NCBI GenBank assembly: GCA_964276515.1
Contig: OZ193910.1
Coordinates: 5,580,001-5,644,000 of the forward strand
Length of the DNA stretch: 64,000 nucleotides
Source of the DNA: Gordius albopunctatus
Taxonomy: Eukaryota
Reading direction: 5' to 3'
Part shown: positions 23,780 through 38,700 of the stretch, piece by piece
Layout of the letters: each line of letters starts with the position of its first letter
Position numbering within the stretch: the first letter of the stretch is position 1
Program-made: the position numbers and the translations under genes
The notes under the pieces: generated by a model
Told to the model about the DNA's origin: nothing
The model's database searches: none
Seen by the model: the letters and a program-made list of their open reading frames with translations, nothing else

Positions 23780-26700
23780 GTATTTTTGATATAAACTAGA
23801 TCCCATTTTACCATAAATTTTGTTAGTAGCATAATCAGTGAAGAATTTTGGGAATGGGGCTAAATTATAGCTTCGATGCCACACAGCTAAAAACACTGTT
23901 ATACTATTTAATTAAAGCTTAAATTAAATACAACACATAGGCCTTATTTAATGTTATATATTTAAAAATCATAAGCTCGATCATGGCATATTTGGTTAAA
24001 CAGTTTAGGAATTGCATTTTTCTCACGCGCTATATTTTTTGGTCTCATCAGCAGCACCACTCCATTTGGTTGAAAAATGCTATAGCGTATAATTGTTTAA
24101 GTTTATTCATATATTATTCTGTTAACTTGATTAAATTATGTTCCGTGAGAAAATAAAATAATAATTGCAAAATTTAAAAGGTTTGTGAAATCACTCTATA
24201 ACTTTATTACTCTATTATTACTAAAAATAAATCTAAATAATTTTTTTGGATTAGTCCATCACTATTAGGAAATAAATTGTCATTTAGATGGAGAAATAAA
24301 ATGATTTAATGCCATCGATTTTCTAGACTGACATATTTTTTTCTAAAAAATACCCAGTTTTCTTATTCTTAAATTTCTCTTTAAAGGCTTTTAAGTTTTT
24401 AATAGAATTAAAAATAGACTTAATTTAATTTTAGTATTTAGTTGCAGGAAAATGGGAGTGTGGCAGGCAAAAAGTTCTGTAATTATTAAGGGATAAAGTA
24501 AATGATGTATTTTATGACATGTGTAAGGGGGCATCTTTTTTGTTTCTCTCTACCATCGCTTCGACCATAATATAGTCGCTAAAATGCATTTTTGCAACTA
24601 TGCTCAGATTATATAACGTTCCAAGGGATAAATGTTGAAAAATAAATAATGGAAATTTACGATACATTTTTATAAATTTAATTAAAATTTAATCTTCATA
24701 AGCTACGATTGTCAATTATACTGATTTAAGGAGCAATTTTTTTATATACTAGTGTACTAATTAATTAACCCCTTTTAAGAATACCACTTTAAATTTTGGC
24801 ACAACGAGTTTTTGCTTATTTTATGGCTTATTTCTAAGGCTGATCTTAGCTTTTATGTGTTAAATTATTTTTTAATTACAAATATGGGTGACGACAAAGT
24901 CATAGGAAAAATATGATTTCTTCCCTTGGTTTATAATTTTCAGGCGTGTACACAGAAATTTCTCACGGGGATGGGAATTCTGAAAAAATTATTTATAATT
25001 TTTTTATAATATAATAAAATGCCTTTGGGCCGTGCCGGGTCACTGTTGTAAAATTAAATTTTCTGACAGGCCCAGGTGAGCACCATAACAAGATTCGAGT
25101 AATTCGGGCCTAGTAAGATTCTTTTTGTAGTTTAATTGTCTTTGTGTATTATTTTGTCATCTATTTATTTGATTGTATAATATATACTAATCGTGTTTTA
25201 CCTAAAAAAAATGAGAATTAAATTTTTTGAAAATACATGAAATTAATGCTAAATGTAAAAAATCATTATTTCAGGCCGAGCAGCTTTCATAATGCGGACA
25301 TGGCCGGGCGGGGCAGAGAATTTAAATAAATCTGCCTTTTAAAATGGTATAAATTTAAAATATAAAACGTTGTTATAGGAAAAATTGATAGACTTTTCTT
25401 TATAAGACAAGATTTTCTTTTGCCCAGCGTTTCTATCGAGAATTTCACCTGAGTTGGAAACACTCCCGATGAAATGTTATGCCAATCCATATAACGATAA
25501 ACATACTATTAAATAATAATCAATCTCCTGACTAGGGATAATTTCAATTTCGTTCAGTGTTGCACGTAGGTGGTTACGGGGAGACAAAAAGGTGTGATTA
25601 CATTAGGCACTCGTTTTTATAAAGCTGTTATGGTGTAAGACCATTCTCCGGACGTCAGGGCTCTTAAGTTTTATACGATGTACCATCTTATTTTTGTTGG
25701 TGTTTGTGGCATCATTTAAATCACTTCCGTAAGATTCAAAAAATATTCCCCAGCTTCTAGCGCAAGAAATTAACATCGTGCCAACAACAGGATTTCAAGT
25801 TTACTAGATTTGTTTTTTGAAAACCGTTCATCAACTTGTATAATGAAGGATTCAATCAAGGAGACCAAAATTTTTAATTTAAATAACCATTAATGGATTT
25901 AATTGAAACATTAGTGCTAAAATTTTATTTCGTGGCAAATCGTGGTCAAGATCTAACATCTAAATTATATAAATTAGCTTTCGCTAATAAATAAATTTTT
26001 TCTCAGCACAGTTTCTTATAAAATTTTTCCGAGTTGTAACTTAATTAGCTAATTAAATCACCTGTTGAATGTCAAAAATCTTTTTCTTCAATTGTTTGCC
26101 TAGTAAGGATGCATAGCTGAACAATTTATTAAGATATAGAGGGAAAATCAAGTAATTCAGATTGCCGAACAGAACTACCCCTATATTTTATAAAATTGCT
26201 ACGTGTGGGAGGGCCAGGTATGCTCAATCAAGTTTATTGGCTCGGAAAAGGGAAATTAATGATTAAAAGCTTTTTTTGTCTAAAACTTAGTTCAAAAAAA
26301 TTACCTTTTAATTATTTATAAGTGTCTTAGTCTTTTATGCAACTATAAATACTCATATGTCTCTTAATAATTTGTTAATTCATCAAAGATTTTTGTAAAT
26401 TTTTGCCAACCATTGCCTATACCATTGATAATATTTAAATATAAGGCTGATGTACGATAAAAATAATTTCACTAGATTCAACTCATGATTTATTTTTAAA
26501 AATTCCTGCTTTATAATAACTATACCGGGACAGGGCTGAACGAACAAATGAATCAACAAAACAAATGGCTCCATAGGCGTAGAGAAGGGGGTAGAAAAAG
26601 GGAAAGTTTACCCCCTTGGCAAAAATTAATAATTTTAGATTGAAAGTTTTTATTCTATAGCTGGGTAACTGACTCAAAATGACATTTATAAATAAATACC

Positions 26701-29700
26701 GATATATACTTTTAATTGATATGCAATTTATGGGCTCACTTTCCATTTGTTTATGTCACGCTGTTCGTGTCTTGTCACGCTCTTCGTGTCACGCACCGAA
26801 TGTCACGTTGTTTATTTTTTGTTAGTATTATAATTTAACTAGTTTGTGGGTTCGAATCTGCCAAATTTTATTTTATTTTTTTAAATTAATATATTGTTCT
26901 TGTTACTACCATTGATAATATGGCTTATTGGCTGTCCGCTGGCTACTGACCAATGGAAAAAATGATCATTGGCCAAAGTGAAATTTTTTATATTTTTTCC
27001 TCTAAATTAATATATAGTTATTGTTGGTACCATTGATAATATAGCCTTTGCCCGTCCGCTGGCTACTGACCAATGGCAAAAAATGACCATTGGCCAAAGT
27101 GTGAATCGAATTTTTTTTGGCTAAAATTGACAATTACCCTATGCCCTTCCCTAACAGAGCCTATGCCTCTACTGATATGGGTCCCTGTGCCCCCCCCCCC
27201 TACATTATGCCTATCCAGATCTGTGGTTCGAATCCCGGAGAGGCCAAAAATATTTTATTTTCTTTAAAAATTAATATATAGTTATTGTTCATAAATGTGA
27301 CTTTTGGGCCGTCCGCTGGCTACTGACCACTGGAAAGAAATGACCAATGGCCAAAGTGTGAATCGAATTTTTTTTCCGGTTTTTTTGACTCTTATGATTG
27401 TTCCTGTTAATACCATTGATAATATGGCTTATTGGCCGTCCGCTAGCTACTGACCAATGAAAAAATGACCATTGGCCAAAGTGAGCATCAAAAATTTTTT
27501 TTTCGTTTTTTTGGCTAACATTGACTTATAGAATATCTGTTGGTACTGACCAATGGAAAAAAATGACCATTGGCCAAAGTGTGGATCGAAATTTTTTTTC
27601 CGTTTTTTTTGACTCGTATGTATTTCGAAAATGACCATTGGCCAAATTGTGATTTAAATTTTTTTTCGTTTTTTTGACTCGTATGTATTTATAGACAGTC
27701 TCTTGGTACGGATCAATGGAAAAAAATGACCATTAGCCAAATTGTGATTCGAAATTTTTTTTTCGTTTTTTTGACTCGCATGTATTTATAGACCGTCTCT
27801 TGGTACTGACCAATAAAAAAAATGAATATTGGCCATATTGCTTAAGTAAAGGCTAAAATTTCAAAATGTTCCTCCCAAAATCATTATTTTCGTTTTTGAA
27901 TAATTTAACGTTGATAATTACCCTATACCCTCCCCTACAAGTGCCTATTTTTAAATTAAATTAATATTTTGTTCTTGTTGATATTTGTTGAATTATCTAT
28001 AATATATTGATTTTCTATTATTGTTTCATTTTATTATATAATAAACATGAATAAAACACATCTTTATTATTTCATTATCTATATAAATAACATAAAAACT
28101 TTTTTTATTTTAATGCCAGCAGGGTAAGAGTGGTTATAGCAACGGCTTACTGACTTGGAGGTTCTTTATCGAGACCCGGAGAGGCCATAATTTTTTTTTA
28201 ATTAAATTAATATTATGTTCTTGTTAATACCATGGATAATATGACTTTTTGACCTTCCGCTGGCTACTGACCAATTAAAAAAATGACCACTGGCCAAATA
28301 AATCAAAATTTTTAATTTTTCGTTTTTGAATAGTTTAACATTGATAATAATTACCCTATGCTCTCCCCTAGAAGTGCCTATGCTTCTACTGATATGGGTC
28401 CCTGTGCCCCCCTACAAAGGCTTATGCCTCTATTTAATGTGGGTTCGAATCCCGGCGAGGGCAATTTTTTTTAATTAAATGGAAAATTTGTATAAATAAT
28501 TAACTAATCATTTTGCATTTAATACCCCTCTATAGGCATTTTCGCCCCTTCCCACCTTTCTCGCCCATATTTTTTAATTAGATGGAAAATTTGTATAAAA
28601 ATTTTGCATATAACGCCCATAAATTGCATAGCAAATATGCTACGTTTATACGGAGTATAGATGAGTCGTCCCCCCTTCCCTTCCCCCCTTTCCTTTCCCC
28701 CCTTCCCCTTCCCACGAGGGCCGAAGGCCCGAGTTCATTTTCTACTGATATAGTTGCAGGCTTATTAAATCTTTACAATATTTTTCACTGTTCAATGTGA
28801 CGAATAGACTGATATAGCCGGAGTGCAACAAATGTCTTTGTGTGCACGGTATCTAGATACTGTCACCGTGACAATTAAAGAAGATTTTCTTCAATTTGTG
28901 CCGGTACATGACAGAACAGGAAAAGGATTAGCGGATGTTATTATTAATGGTCTAAAAAAGCTAAATATTAATATGAATTTGTTAAGAGGTCAAGGCTATG
29001 ATGGAGCTCGCAATATGTGCGGAAAATTAAATGGTGTCCAGTCCATTATTATGAAAGCATACCCAACGGCGTTGTATGTCCACTGTGCCTCCCATTCATT
29101 AAACCTGACCCTTTCAGATACATCGACCCTTCCTACCATAAGAAATTGCATGGGTATTAATTAAAGATAACATAATATTATGATCATTTTTTTAAATAGT
29201 TATTGTTTCTAAATTTTATGATATGTTTAAATACTCCAAACGGCAAGATGTTTTATTAGAAGTCTTGTCAAAAATGGACAATAAACCGGTAATGGAAAAA
29301 TTAAAGCAAGTGTGTGTGACCCGTTGGTCATCACGGCACGAAGCTGTTACAACGCATATAAAACTTAAAGATGCGATTTATCCTGTTTTAGAAAAAATTT
29401 CTACTTGGTATGATCGCGATGCCGCAATAGAGGCGACAACTTTGCTGTCTTCTTTTGATCAGATGAATTTGTTGATCACTAATGTTGATCAAGAATTTCA
29501 TCAAATTTTTTAATGGTCGAAGCTAAGACAAACTTATACCAGTTTGATCTTGTAAAACCCAGATGGGCTGGAAAACAAACGTTCCGAAGTAATATTCCAA
29601 CAGACTTTGTTGAGGATTATTATAAAATCACAATTTTTATATCATTACTTGATTCTTTTATTGTTCAACTCAATGAAAGGTTTTTAGTCTAGAAAGAAAT

Positions 29701-32700
29701 TATTGCAAATTTTCAAGTTTTGTTTCCTCAAGATTCGAAAGTTTCGCCTACAGCTCAGATAAAAATAAATCACTTAGTGGATTTTTACTTTAATGACTTG
29801 AATGGTACAAATGTTGACGTTAAAACAGAATTTGATATCTGGTATATGTCGTTGTCTCAGATGCCAGAAGAATTGCGTCCCAAGAATGCTTTAGATGCTT
29901 TGCTAAATCACAAAACCAAATTAGAATGCTTACCTAACCCCACAACTTTATTTATCTATTAGCTTGCCTCCCAATTACTACATGCACAAATGAGAGAAGT
30001 TTCTCAACTTTGAGAAGACTTAAGACCTACTTACGGAATACCATGTCAAACAATAGATTAAATGGTTTGGCGCTTTTAACGATTCTCCGGATGAAATTCT
30101 TGATGTCTTATCTTTTGGCAAAAGAAAATTAAAAATTATTTTATAGCGACTATTTTTATACACCGCTTTTGTATTTTTATTATTGAAATAAAAATGTTTT
30201 AACAAAAAATTGGAAATTTTATACCCCCTTGAGAAAATCCTGGCTACGCGCCTGAATGGCTCAAATCAATTATAGGTCTTTTTAACCGAACTTTGTGAAA
30301 AGATGGCACAATTTCTTGGCCTCTATGTGTTTTAAATCATCCCATCCCAAGTCAGGATTTGAGTAAATTAGAGAGAAATGTCTTCTCATTATACCATGAT
30401 GATGAATGACACTATGAGCAGTTCCTGATTGAGCTTTATTGTGTCATAATGAATATTGCATATTGTAAATCAATACAATATTTAAGCAAAGAATCAACAA
30501 GCATATTATGTTTAGTCACATGACCATACATACTTTTTATGCAAGTAGTTTGTTTAATGTCAAAACGCAACTTTCGTTTTTATAAAATGTCCTAAGATAA
30601 AACCGTTGTTGAAATTGTAAAAAAATGTGTTCATGGCTTGAAAGAATGTATGAAAAATGGACCCAATAGCAAATTTTAAAAATTCAAAAATTTTAAAACC
30701 GTAAAAAAATACAATCTTTTAAATACATAAAATCCATAAGGCCACTGATTTAATTTTGTATGGACTAAAGGGGACTTTTGGGCGATTTTATGTTTATAAC
30801 GTATTTTAATCTAATTTATTAGTCCAAGGTACTTTTGTCCACTATATAGGACGGTGCTAACGTTGTATTTCCACTTAAGCAAGATGTTGAATTGCCAAAA
30901 GCACTTCTCATTATTATTTAACCGTTGGCAGGGATTCGAATATTTTTATTTTTTACATTAATTTTATTTGTACTTAAGTCAAAATTTATGACCATTTTTG
31001 AACAAATTCACTAGCCTCAACCGATATTTTAAACAAATGCAGCAGAACGTAAAATGCCACTTAATACTTTTAATGTTTATTTTATGGGATAAAAAGATTG
31101 CGCTAAACACAAGGTTAGCCGGGATATTTGATATTAAAAATACGAGGAATCCTTTAATTTATTAAGTAGGATTATCGCAAAAGTTAATTTTATTGTTTTG
31201 CCTCACTATTAAGAGACCGAAGTTAATTGCTAATAAGCATGGAAGTGCACGTAGTTGCATATATTATATGCTAAGGCATTTGATTGGTTTTTAATGAATA
31301 AACTCAAAAGTTGATAGCAGAAAAAACAGTGGTATATTTAAAAATGCTAAGTTGAGTTTATGCCTAAAATATATATTAGATATATAACACCACCTTTATT
31401 CATTTAAGAATTTTACTTAAATTTTAATTGACCTTCGAAAATTAAGAGGAAAAAAGGATATTAATAAACTAGAGATTTTGATAATTCTGACCTTTATATC
31501 CACATACTCGACTCGATTGGGAGCATTAAAAAGGCCAACCTCAAACGAACACTCCTTTTGCACTAAGAGTAAGTAAGCTATATATGGCCAGGTAAGGCAG
31601 GGAGGGGCAGTTGCCCTCTTTAAATAAATTTTTGATTATTACTTACTAAATGAAAATGTGGTTAAAAACAAAAAAATGTTATTTGCTTCTCACCTCCCTT
31701 ATCATTTGCCCGCTTTTGATTTGACTCCTGCTTCGACCATGAACTCAGCCGTGCGTTTAATAACTCGATTTAATACTTATTTTCTATTCTACCCACACTT
31801 AAAATACATATGGAGAATTAAATGATTAAAATCCATCTGAATATGCAGTTATACAGACCCGCTTATTAATAAAAATCCATTAAAAACCAAATTAGAGGTT
31901 AATTTATATGCCTTAGGATCATGTATATTTTTATGTTTTTGATTTAAACTCAAACAAACCCATGACTTCAAATTTATAACACGACTTTCACAAGACTAGA
32001 AGGCATTCAGGTCAAAGAATTTCGATGGATTTATATAAATTATAACGTTGCAGGCTATTTTGTGTAAATTTTTAAGAAGTCAAGCTACACCACAATAAAT
32101 GATATTTTAAACCATAGCCAGTTTGATATAAAAGCACTTCTCAATTTTTTTTTAATTATTTTGGATAAGTGAAAAGCATTTATGAAATTTAATTAGAACT
32201 TTTTTTGTGTTTATAAATGTTTAAAAGTCTGAATCCTCGGATTTATTTTGAAAGTGTAGCACGTAAGTCATGTTTATGCATCAAGAGCCTGTAAATGTAG
32301 CCGGAATTTGAATTAGGAGGGAGGGGATGTTTTAAAATGATTTAAGGAGGGCAAAATTCTTTTTTTAAACTTCAACCATGAAATTGTTAATTTTTTAACA
32401 GTTTTCGGATTTAGTGCCTGCCATTCCCTGGTTACGCCTATAAATAAGTCGTTTTAAACTTCAACATTCAAAATTTTATGTCGCAAATAGTACCAAGAAA
32501 TTAAAAATTCTACAGGTTTAGGTTATGTTGTTGGTGGTTTAACGACCTACTCCTAAATATGAATTAAATGAATGAACTTATAATAAATGCAACCTTATCT
32601 TGTTGCTTCATATATTGATTAACCTGTCCCTATCTTAAATGTCACTGGCTTGGGAATAAATATAGTCTGTCCCAGGCTATGCCTTTTATTTTGAAACTTT

Positions 32701-35700
32701 TTGACCATATTCTTTTCACTCCTATCGTTTATTTTGGTATTTATTGTGAAATTAATATTATTAATGCCAAGAATTAGCAGCTCATATAAACTTATAGGAT
32801 AAGTACCCAAAATTATTATTTAGTTAATATTTATGACTAATGTTGAATTAAACTTAGAAAACGAATATATTGCATAATTATATTGCTTTATCCAGCTACT
32901 TATTTAGGTGACAATCATATGTAGTGCTGCTTACTTGCCTCAATTTAGCATAAATTATTTAAAAAGTTGAAATGAAAAATCAATATTTTTATACAAAAAT
33001 AACTTATTTTGCTTTCTTTAAATAAAATCATATGTTTGATATATCATCTCTAAAGCCTCTTGTCAGGATAGGACAGGGCGGACGGACAACGAAAAACTAG
33101 TCCATAAATTGCATAGCAATTAAAATGCACATTTAGGGAAAATGTTTAAAACTAAATAACAAATTACCTACTATATATATTTGGAAAGCTTTCAAATACA
33201 GCAATCTATATTAAAAAATGTTTTCCCAATTTTATATCGAATGAATTAATGATTCGCGAAAATTAAACTTATTTTTTATTGTTTAAGTTTTTTACAACAT
33301 CTAAAAAATAGTGTAAAAAGATTTTTCAAAGGGACTTGCTCAAAGTTTTGCCTACAAGCGTTTTGTTTTAAAATTTTTAAACAGAGCAGTATGGTCATCA
33401 TTAAAAATAGCAAGGGGTGAGAAAGCATTTTAAACGTTTCCAATTTTTAACCACTCTTTTATTTAAAGTCATAAACAGTTTGTAGAAAATTAAATATGAG
33501 ATACGGAGAAATCACGTGGCATGAGTCAATTCGGAACAGCATATCGGAAAAATTACTGATGATTGATTGAAATGTTCCCACAAACAATCCATGATAAATT
33601 ATTCTCACACCAAAATCTATTCCTTAATTTTAATTTTGAAAGAAGATTTCCAAATGAATGCTGCTTCATTTATAAAAAATACTTGAATTGTTGTTTTTAA
33701 ATGTCGGAAAAAGCTAGTTAATGCCCAATTATTATTGACAAATATTAGAGCAATATTATTTGTGCTAAAATTAAATTAAAACTATAATCCATTCTATCTA
33801 ATTTTAAGAACTTTAATTTTAAAAACATAAAATTATAATATTGAGTTTTTTTATTTGAAATATTTAAATTATGTAAATGATATTACGTTACGAGTAAGGG
33901 TTTACTTTAAAAACCATATATTACCTGTTAAAAAATCAAGTCATTTATTATCTTACCATTAAATCTAATATGATTATCTCGGGACTGTTTAGTGTTCTCT
34001 GGATTTATTAATTATGTTAATGCTAAGTTAAATTTGGACCAACAGTATTAATATAAATTAATAAGTTTACCATTGTTATTTAGTCGCAGTTATTACTACC
34101 TTGATCCCATTGTCTATGGTCTTCTGACATAAAAATCAAGAAAATTAATCAATTAGTTAATTATTTAAGATCGTCAGTGCTAAATTTATTTTTTTTTATA
34201 TTCTCTTTCATATTTCCCCTGATTCAGCCCTTGACCAACGGCTAGATATTTTTACAAATTTAACGAAAGATTTAACCCAAATAATTTATTTTTGCTAATA
34301 AGATTTGCGTTTTTAATGTTTTGTAATTTTGCAAAATTCAACCTTTTATTTTATTAACTTTTAAACTTATACCAAACAATTTTATCAAAGTTCGATTCGT
34401 GTATAATCATTCAATAAAAATATTTTCACAAATTTGTTTATTTAAGTTAAAAAATGAAATTCATTTATGATAAGCGTTGTTAAATTAAAAATAAACTACC
34501 TTAAGCTGAAACAATTTAAAATTTCAACGATCCCATATAAAACGAGATGTTAATGATTTTTTACATAGCTTAGTGGATGCTACTATAATAAACGGACTCG
34601 TTTAACCGTAAACTTTGTTTCTGCATAGATTTAAGTCTTTTGATAAAATCGTTCAAAAATCCACAAAATTATAAGCGAATATTACATACGTCTTCTTCGT
34701 GTATTATGCCTACAAGGGTTTAACTTTTATTAAAAATATTCCCGATAGGCAATTAACTTTTATATTTGAGTTACCTCTGAAAAAATTTTAGTCATACAAC
34801 TTAAAATACATTTTTCATATGAATCATGATCGCTTTCGCAATTTTACCCTACAGAGTGTCGTGCTTTATGTTGCAGTAAGGTTTTTCAATAATCCCCTAC
34901 TTTGATAGAATGGATAAATTAAGTCTTACAACCCAATTTATCACTTGTTTAGTTAAGCATGACAATCCGGTGCATCAAATATGGGGTTCACTAGTGTCAT
35001 TTAAAAAGTAATGATCTATAGGATCGTTTAGTTACTTTTGGGAGTAGGAAATATATTCCTCACGGGTTTGCATTGCGGATTCAATGAGTCTTAGTTTACT
35101 AATATATAATAAGGCCTTGTTGCCACGTTACTTTTTCATAAATTATGGGTCGACAAAACAATTTATTAAATGAATTTGACAAGAATTACTACTTGAAAGA
35201 GAATGAAAGACAATTTAACCCAACCCTAAACAAGAAACTGTTTTATTAGCTTTGGCCTTAACTAACTTGTTATTATAATTGGTATGAATTATATAGGTGT
35301 TAAAACTTATTAGATATTAATACTAGGTATAATAATAATGCACCGACCTTTATCTATCAACATCAAAAATAATACTGAAGCCAGACAAAGTCTTTGATTT
35401 GTGGCATTTATAGATATTACCGCTTGAGCCATTATTCGAAACTTTTCTCTTTAATGCTAAATATTTAATTTAAAAAAATCGTTTTTCAATCAAAAATTAT
35501 TGATCTCCTCCTGGCATAGTGTACAAAGAGTCTTTTATTACACGTCCTTTGTGTAAAAGATAAACTAGTTTTAGATCTATAATTAATAAACCATAATCGA
35601 AATGTGCCCGGGTATTAAGTTGAATTGATAGATTATAGGAATGATCGATAAATTTATAGGTCATGTTTAATTTCCCAATAATGTCATATGCTAATTTCTA

Positions 35701-38700
35701 TTTCTCTTAAACGTCTGAGCATCGTATAAGTACCACCAAAAATTCACAAATTATAGGTATCGTTGCCACATTTTAAATGTATTTTTTATCAATTTTATAA
35801 ATAACTAGTTTAAACTTTCATATTTAAAACTCTATTTTAAAAGATTTTTTTAAATCATACTCGAAGCTATTTATAATTAGGATAGCGTGTATATATGTAA
35901 TGCCGTAAATGTTTTATAGATATGTAGTCAGGGGGAGGAATGGCGGGTAGGCGCCTCTCACTTAAATCCTTATATTCTTATATGTGTAACAAAATTGTAT
36001 TACAAATTTCGAAAATAATCAAAATTTTACACCCTAAATTGTTGCCAAATTCTATGCCCCTGCCCATCTGATTAAAATCCCGGGTTAGGCTAGAGAACTG
36101 CGTCTAAAAAGTCTCTTTTTTGAAACGTGGGGGCTTCTTTTACAAAAAAACCATTAAACAATTTTAATAAGTGCATTACTTATATTATTAATTGCTATGC
36201 AATTTATGGGCTCGTTTTTTGTTCTCCGTCCGTCGTCCACCAAGTGATTTACACCAGCTTCCCGACTTGCAAGGTTGGGGATCGAGACCCGGAGAGGACA
36301 AAATTTTTTTTTAAATTAAATTAATATTTTGTTCTTGTTAATACCATTGATAATATGACTTTTTGGCCGTCCGCAGGCTACTGACCAATGGAAAAAATGA
36401 CCACTGGCCAAATAAATAAAAATTTTTAATTTTTCGTTTTTGAATAGTTTAACATTGATAATTACCCTATGCCCTCCCCTCCTCCAAAGGCTTATGCCTC
36501 TATTTAATGTGGGTTTGAATCCCGGCGAACGTTCTAAATTGATGGTTCGAGACCCGGAGAGGACAAAATTTTTTATTTTTTTTTAAATTAAATTAATATA
36601 TTTTTCTTGTTAATACCATTGATAATATGACTTTTTGACCGTGTTCTGGCTACTCACCATTGAAAAAAATGACCATTGGCTAAATTGTTATTCGAAATTT
36701 TTTTTCGTTTTTGAATTGGTTAACATTGATAATCACCCTTTGCCCTCCCCTACAACGGCTTATGCCTCTACTGATATAGGTCCCTGTGCCCCTACAAAAG
36801 CCTATGCCTCTATTAATGTGGGTTCGAATCCCGTAGAGGACAAAAAATTTATTTTTTTTAAATTAAATTAATATTTTGTTCTTGTTAATAGCATTGATAA
36901 TATAACTTTTTGACCATGCCCTGGCTACTGACCAATGGAAAAAATGACAATTGGCTAAATTGTGATACGAAATATTTTTTCGTTTTTTTTCAAATTAATA
37001 TATTGTATTTGTTAATATTATAGATAATATGGCTTTTTAACCGTCCGCTGGCTGCTGACTAATGGAAAAAAAATCTCCATTGACCAAAGTGTTAATCGAA
37101 ATTTTTTTTCTCGTTTTTTTCGACTCGTATGTATTTATAAACCGGCTCTTGGAACTGACCAATAAAAAAATGACCACTGGCTAAAGTGAGATTTTATTAA
37201 TTTAAGTTTTTGTTTATTCGAACTTTGACACAAAATTTACCCCCCACCCCTTCCCTGTAATTAGATATTTATTTTGGGGTAATCTTTCCTGCTGACCCGA
37301 CAAAAAAGGGCGGATTTTGGGGCAAAAGTTAGATAAATTCGCTCCTGGTTTGGGTTTATATTTTGTATTCGCTATCCTTTGGAAATAATTTTGAAATTGT
37401 CAAAACTAACAAAAATATTGAGGATATATATTGTAAAAAAAATTAATAAACAAACACTATTATTTAATAAATGTCGAGGGGGCGGACGGAGCTCCAAGAT
37501 TGTTAGAGATTTTTGGAGTTTAAAAAAATAATTTAAATTCTTCCATCTAGGAAAAAGTCTATAATTTTACTGTTAATTAAACAGTAAATTCTCTCTATGG
37601 AACCAATTTAGCGAGTAAATGAATTCTCTATATTTTTCCCCGATAGTAAAATAATTATCATTATTAAATTATCATTAAAAAAATGCTTGAAGGGCCCGGG
37701 GGCCAAAGATTTTTCCCTTGGGGGGAGGCATGGAGCGAGGTTTTCTCTCTTGGGTGGGCCTGGGCCTTGGACCCTCTTTAACTATTTGTTTAAAAATTTT
37801 TGCATAATAAACACTTACCAATTATATTCTAACCCTAACCCTTTACTAATGTGGGTTCGAATCCCGGAGAGGGCAAAATTTTTATTTAAATTAAATTAAT
37901 ATATCGTTCTTGTTAATACCATTTAACCTTTTAAATATTTGTATAAATTAATAATTAACTAATAATTTTTCATTTAATACCCTCCTATAGGCACTCTCGT
38001 CCTTTCCCACTTTTCTCGCCCATATTTCATCTATATATATAAAAATCTAAGTCCCTTTTTTTGAACGATAATAACTTTTAGAGTTCTTAACCGATTGCCA
38101 CCAAATTTGGCCAGATTATTGCCTTAGCATTGTAGATGGTTTATAGATACTTTTTATCAACCTGTGACAGCTGGAACCATGTTTTTTGGTAGTCTATACC
38201 GCCATCTAGCGGATTATTTATACTACGTTTTTTATACTTATTTATCGTTATGGTGCTACTAATTACCCTAAACATTTTTACACGATTGCTTTGTCACTTT
38301 TCTCTCAATTTTTTACTCAACTAAGCCCGTTTTTCTTACAATATATAAAGCTGTAACAAATAAATATTTTGGATACCGTAAAACATCACCAATTTCTTAA
38401 ATAAATATAACGCGCGCTTTTAGTAAATATTTAAATCAGAAATAATATAATAAAATTAGAAATAATCAACTCATAATAAGATCATCTAGAGAAAAATATA
38501 TTATTATTAGGATACCAATGAAAACATGTGTTAATTACCAACTCGGATTTTGGTTACGACATTAAAATATATAATTATAGCAATAATATAATCTGTAGTA
38601 GAAAATGATATACAAATATACGTATTCACATATACAACATCATATATGACAGTAACATTCCCACGTTTCGTGCTTTTTTGCTATTTTTATGAAGTTCGAT

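Larger units (their letters stand above)
26572..30254 (+). mobile_element. hAT DNA transposon (internally deleted, HINE inserted)
   Basis: Perfect 8-bp TSD AATGGCTC (26564-26571 and 30255-30262); imperfect TIRs CATAGGCGTAG / CTACGCGCCTG. Confidence 0.88.

Noticed and set aside
26850..27840. CRISPR-like regularly repeated motif with an internal palindrome
   Set aside because: The context is eukaryotic, the spacers are homologous to each other, spacing is irregular and there are no cas genes. It is a TE-internal tandem repeat.
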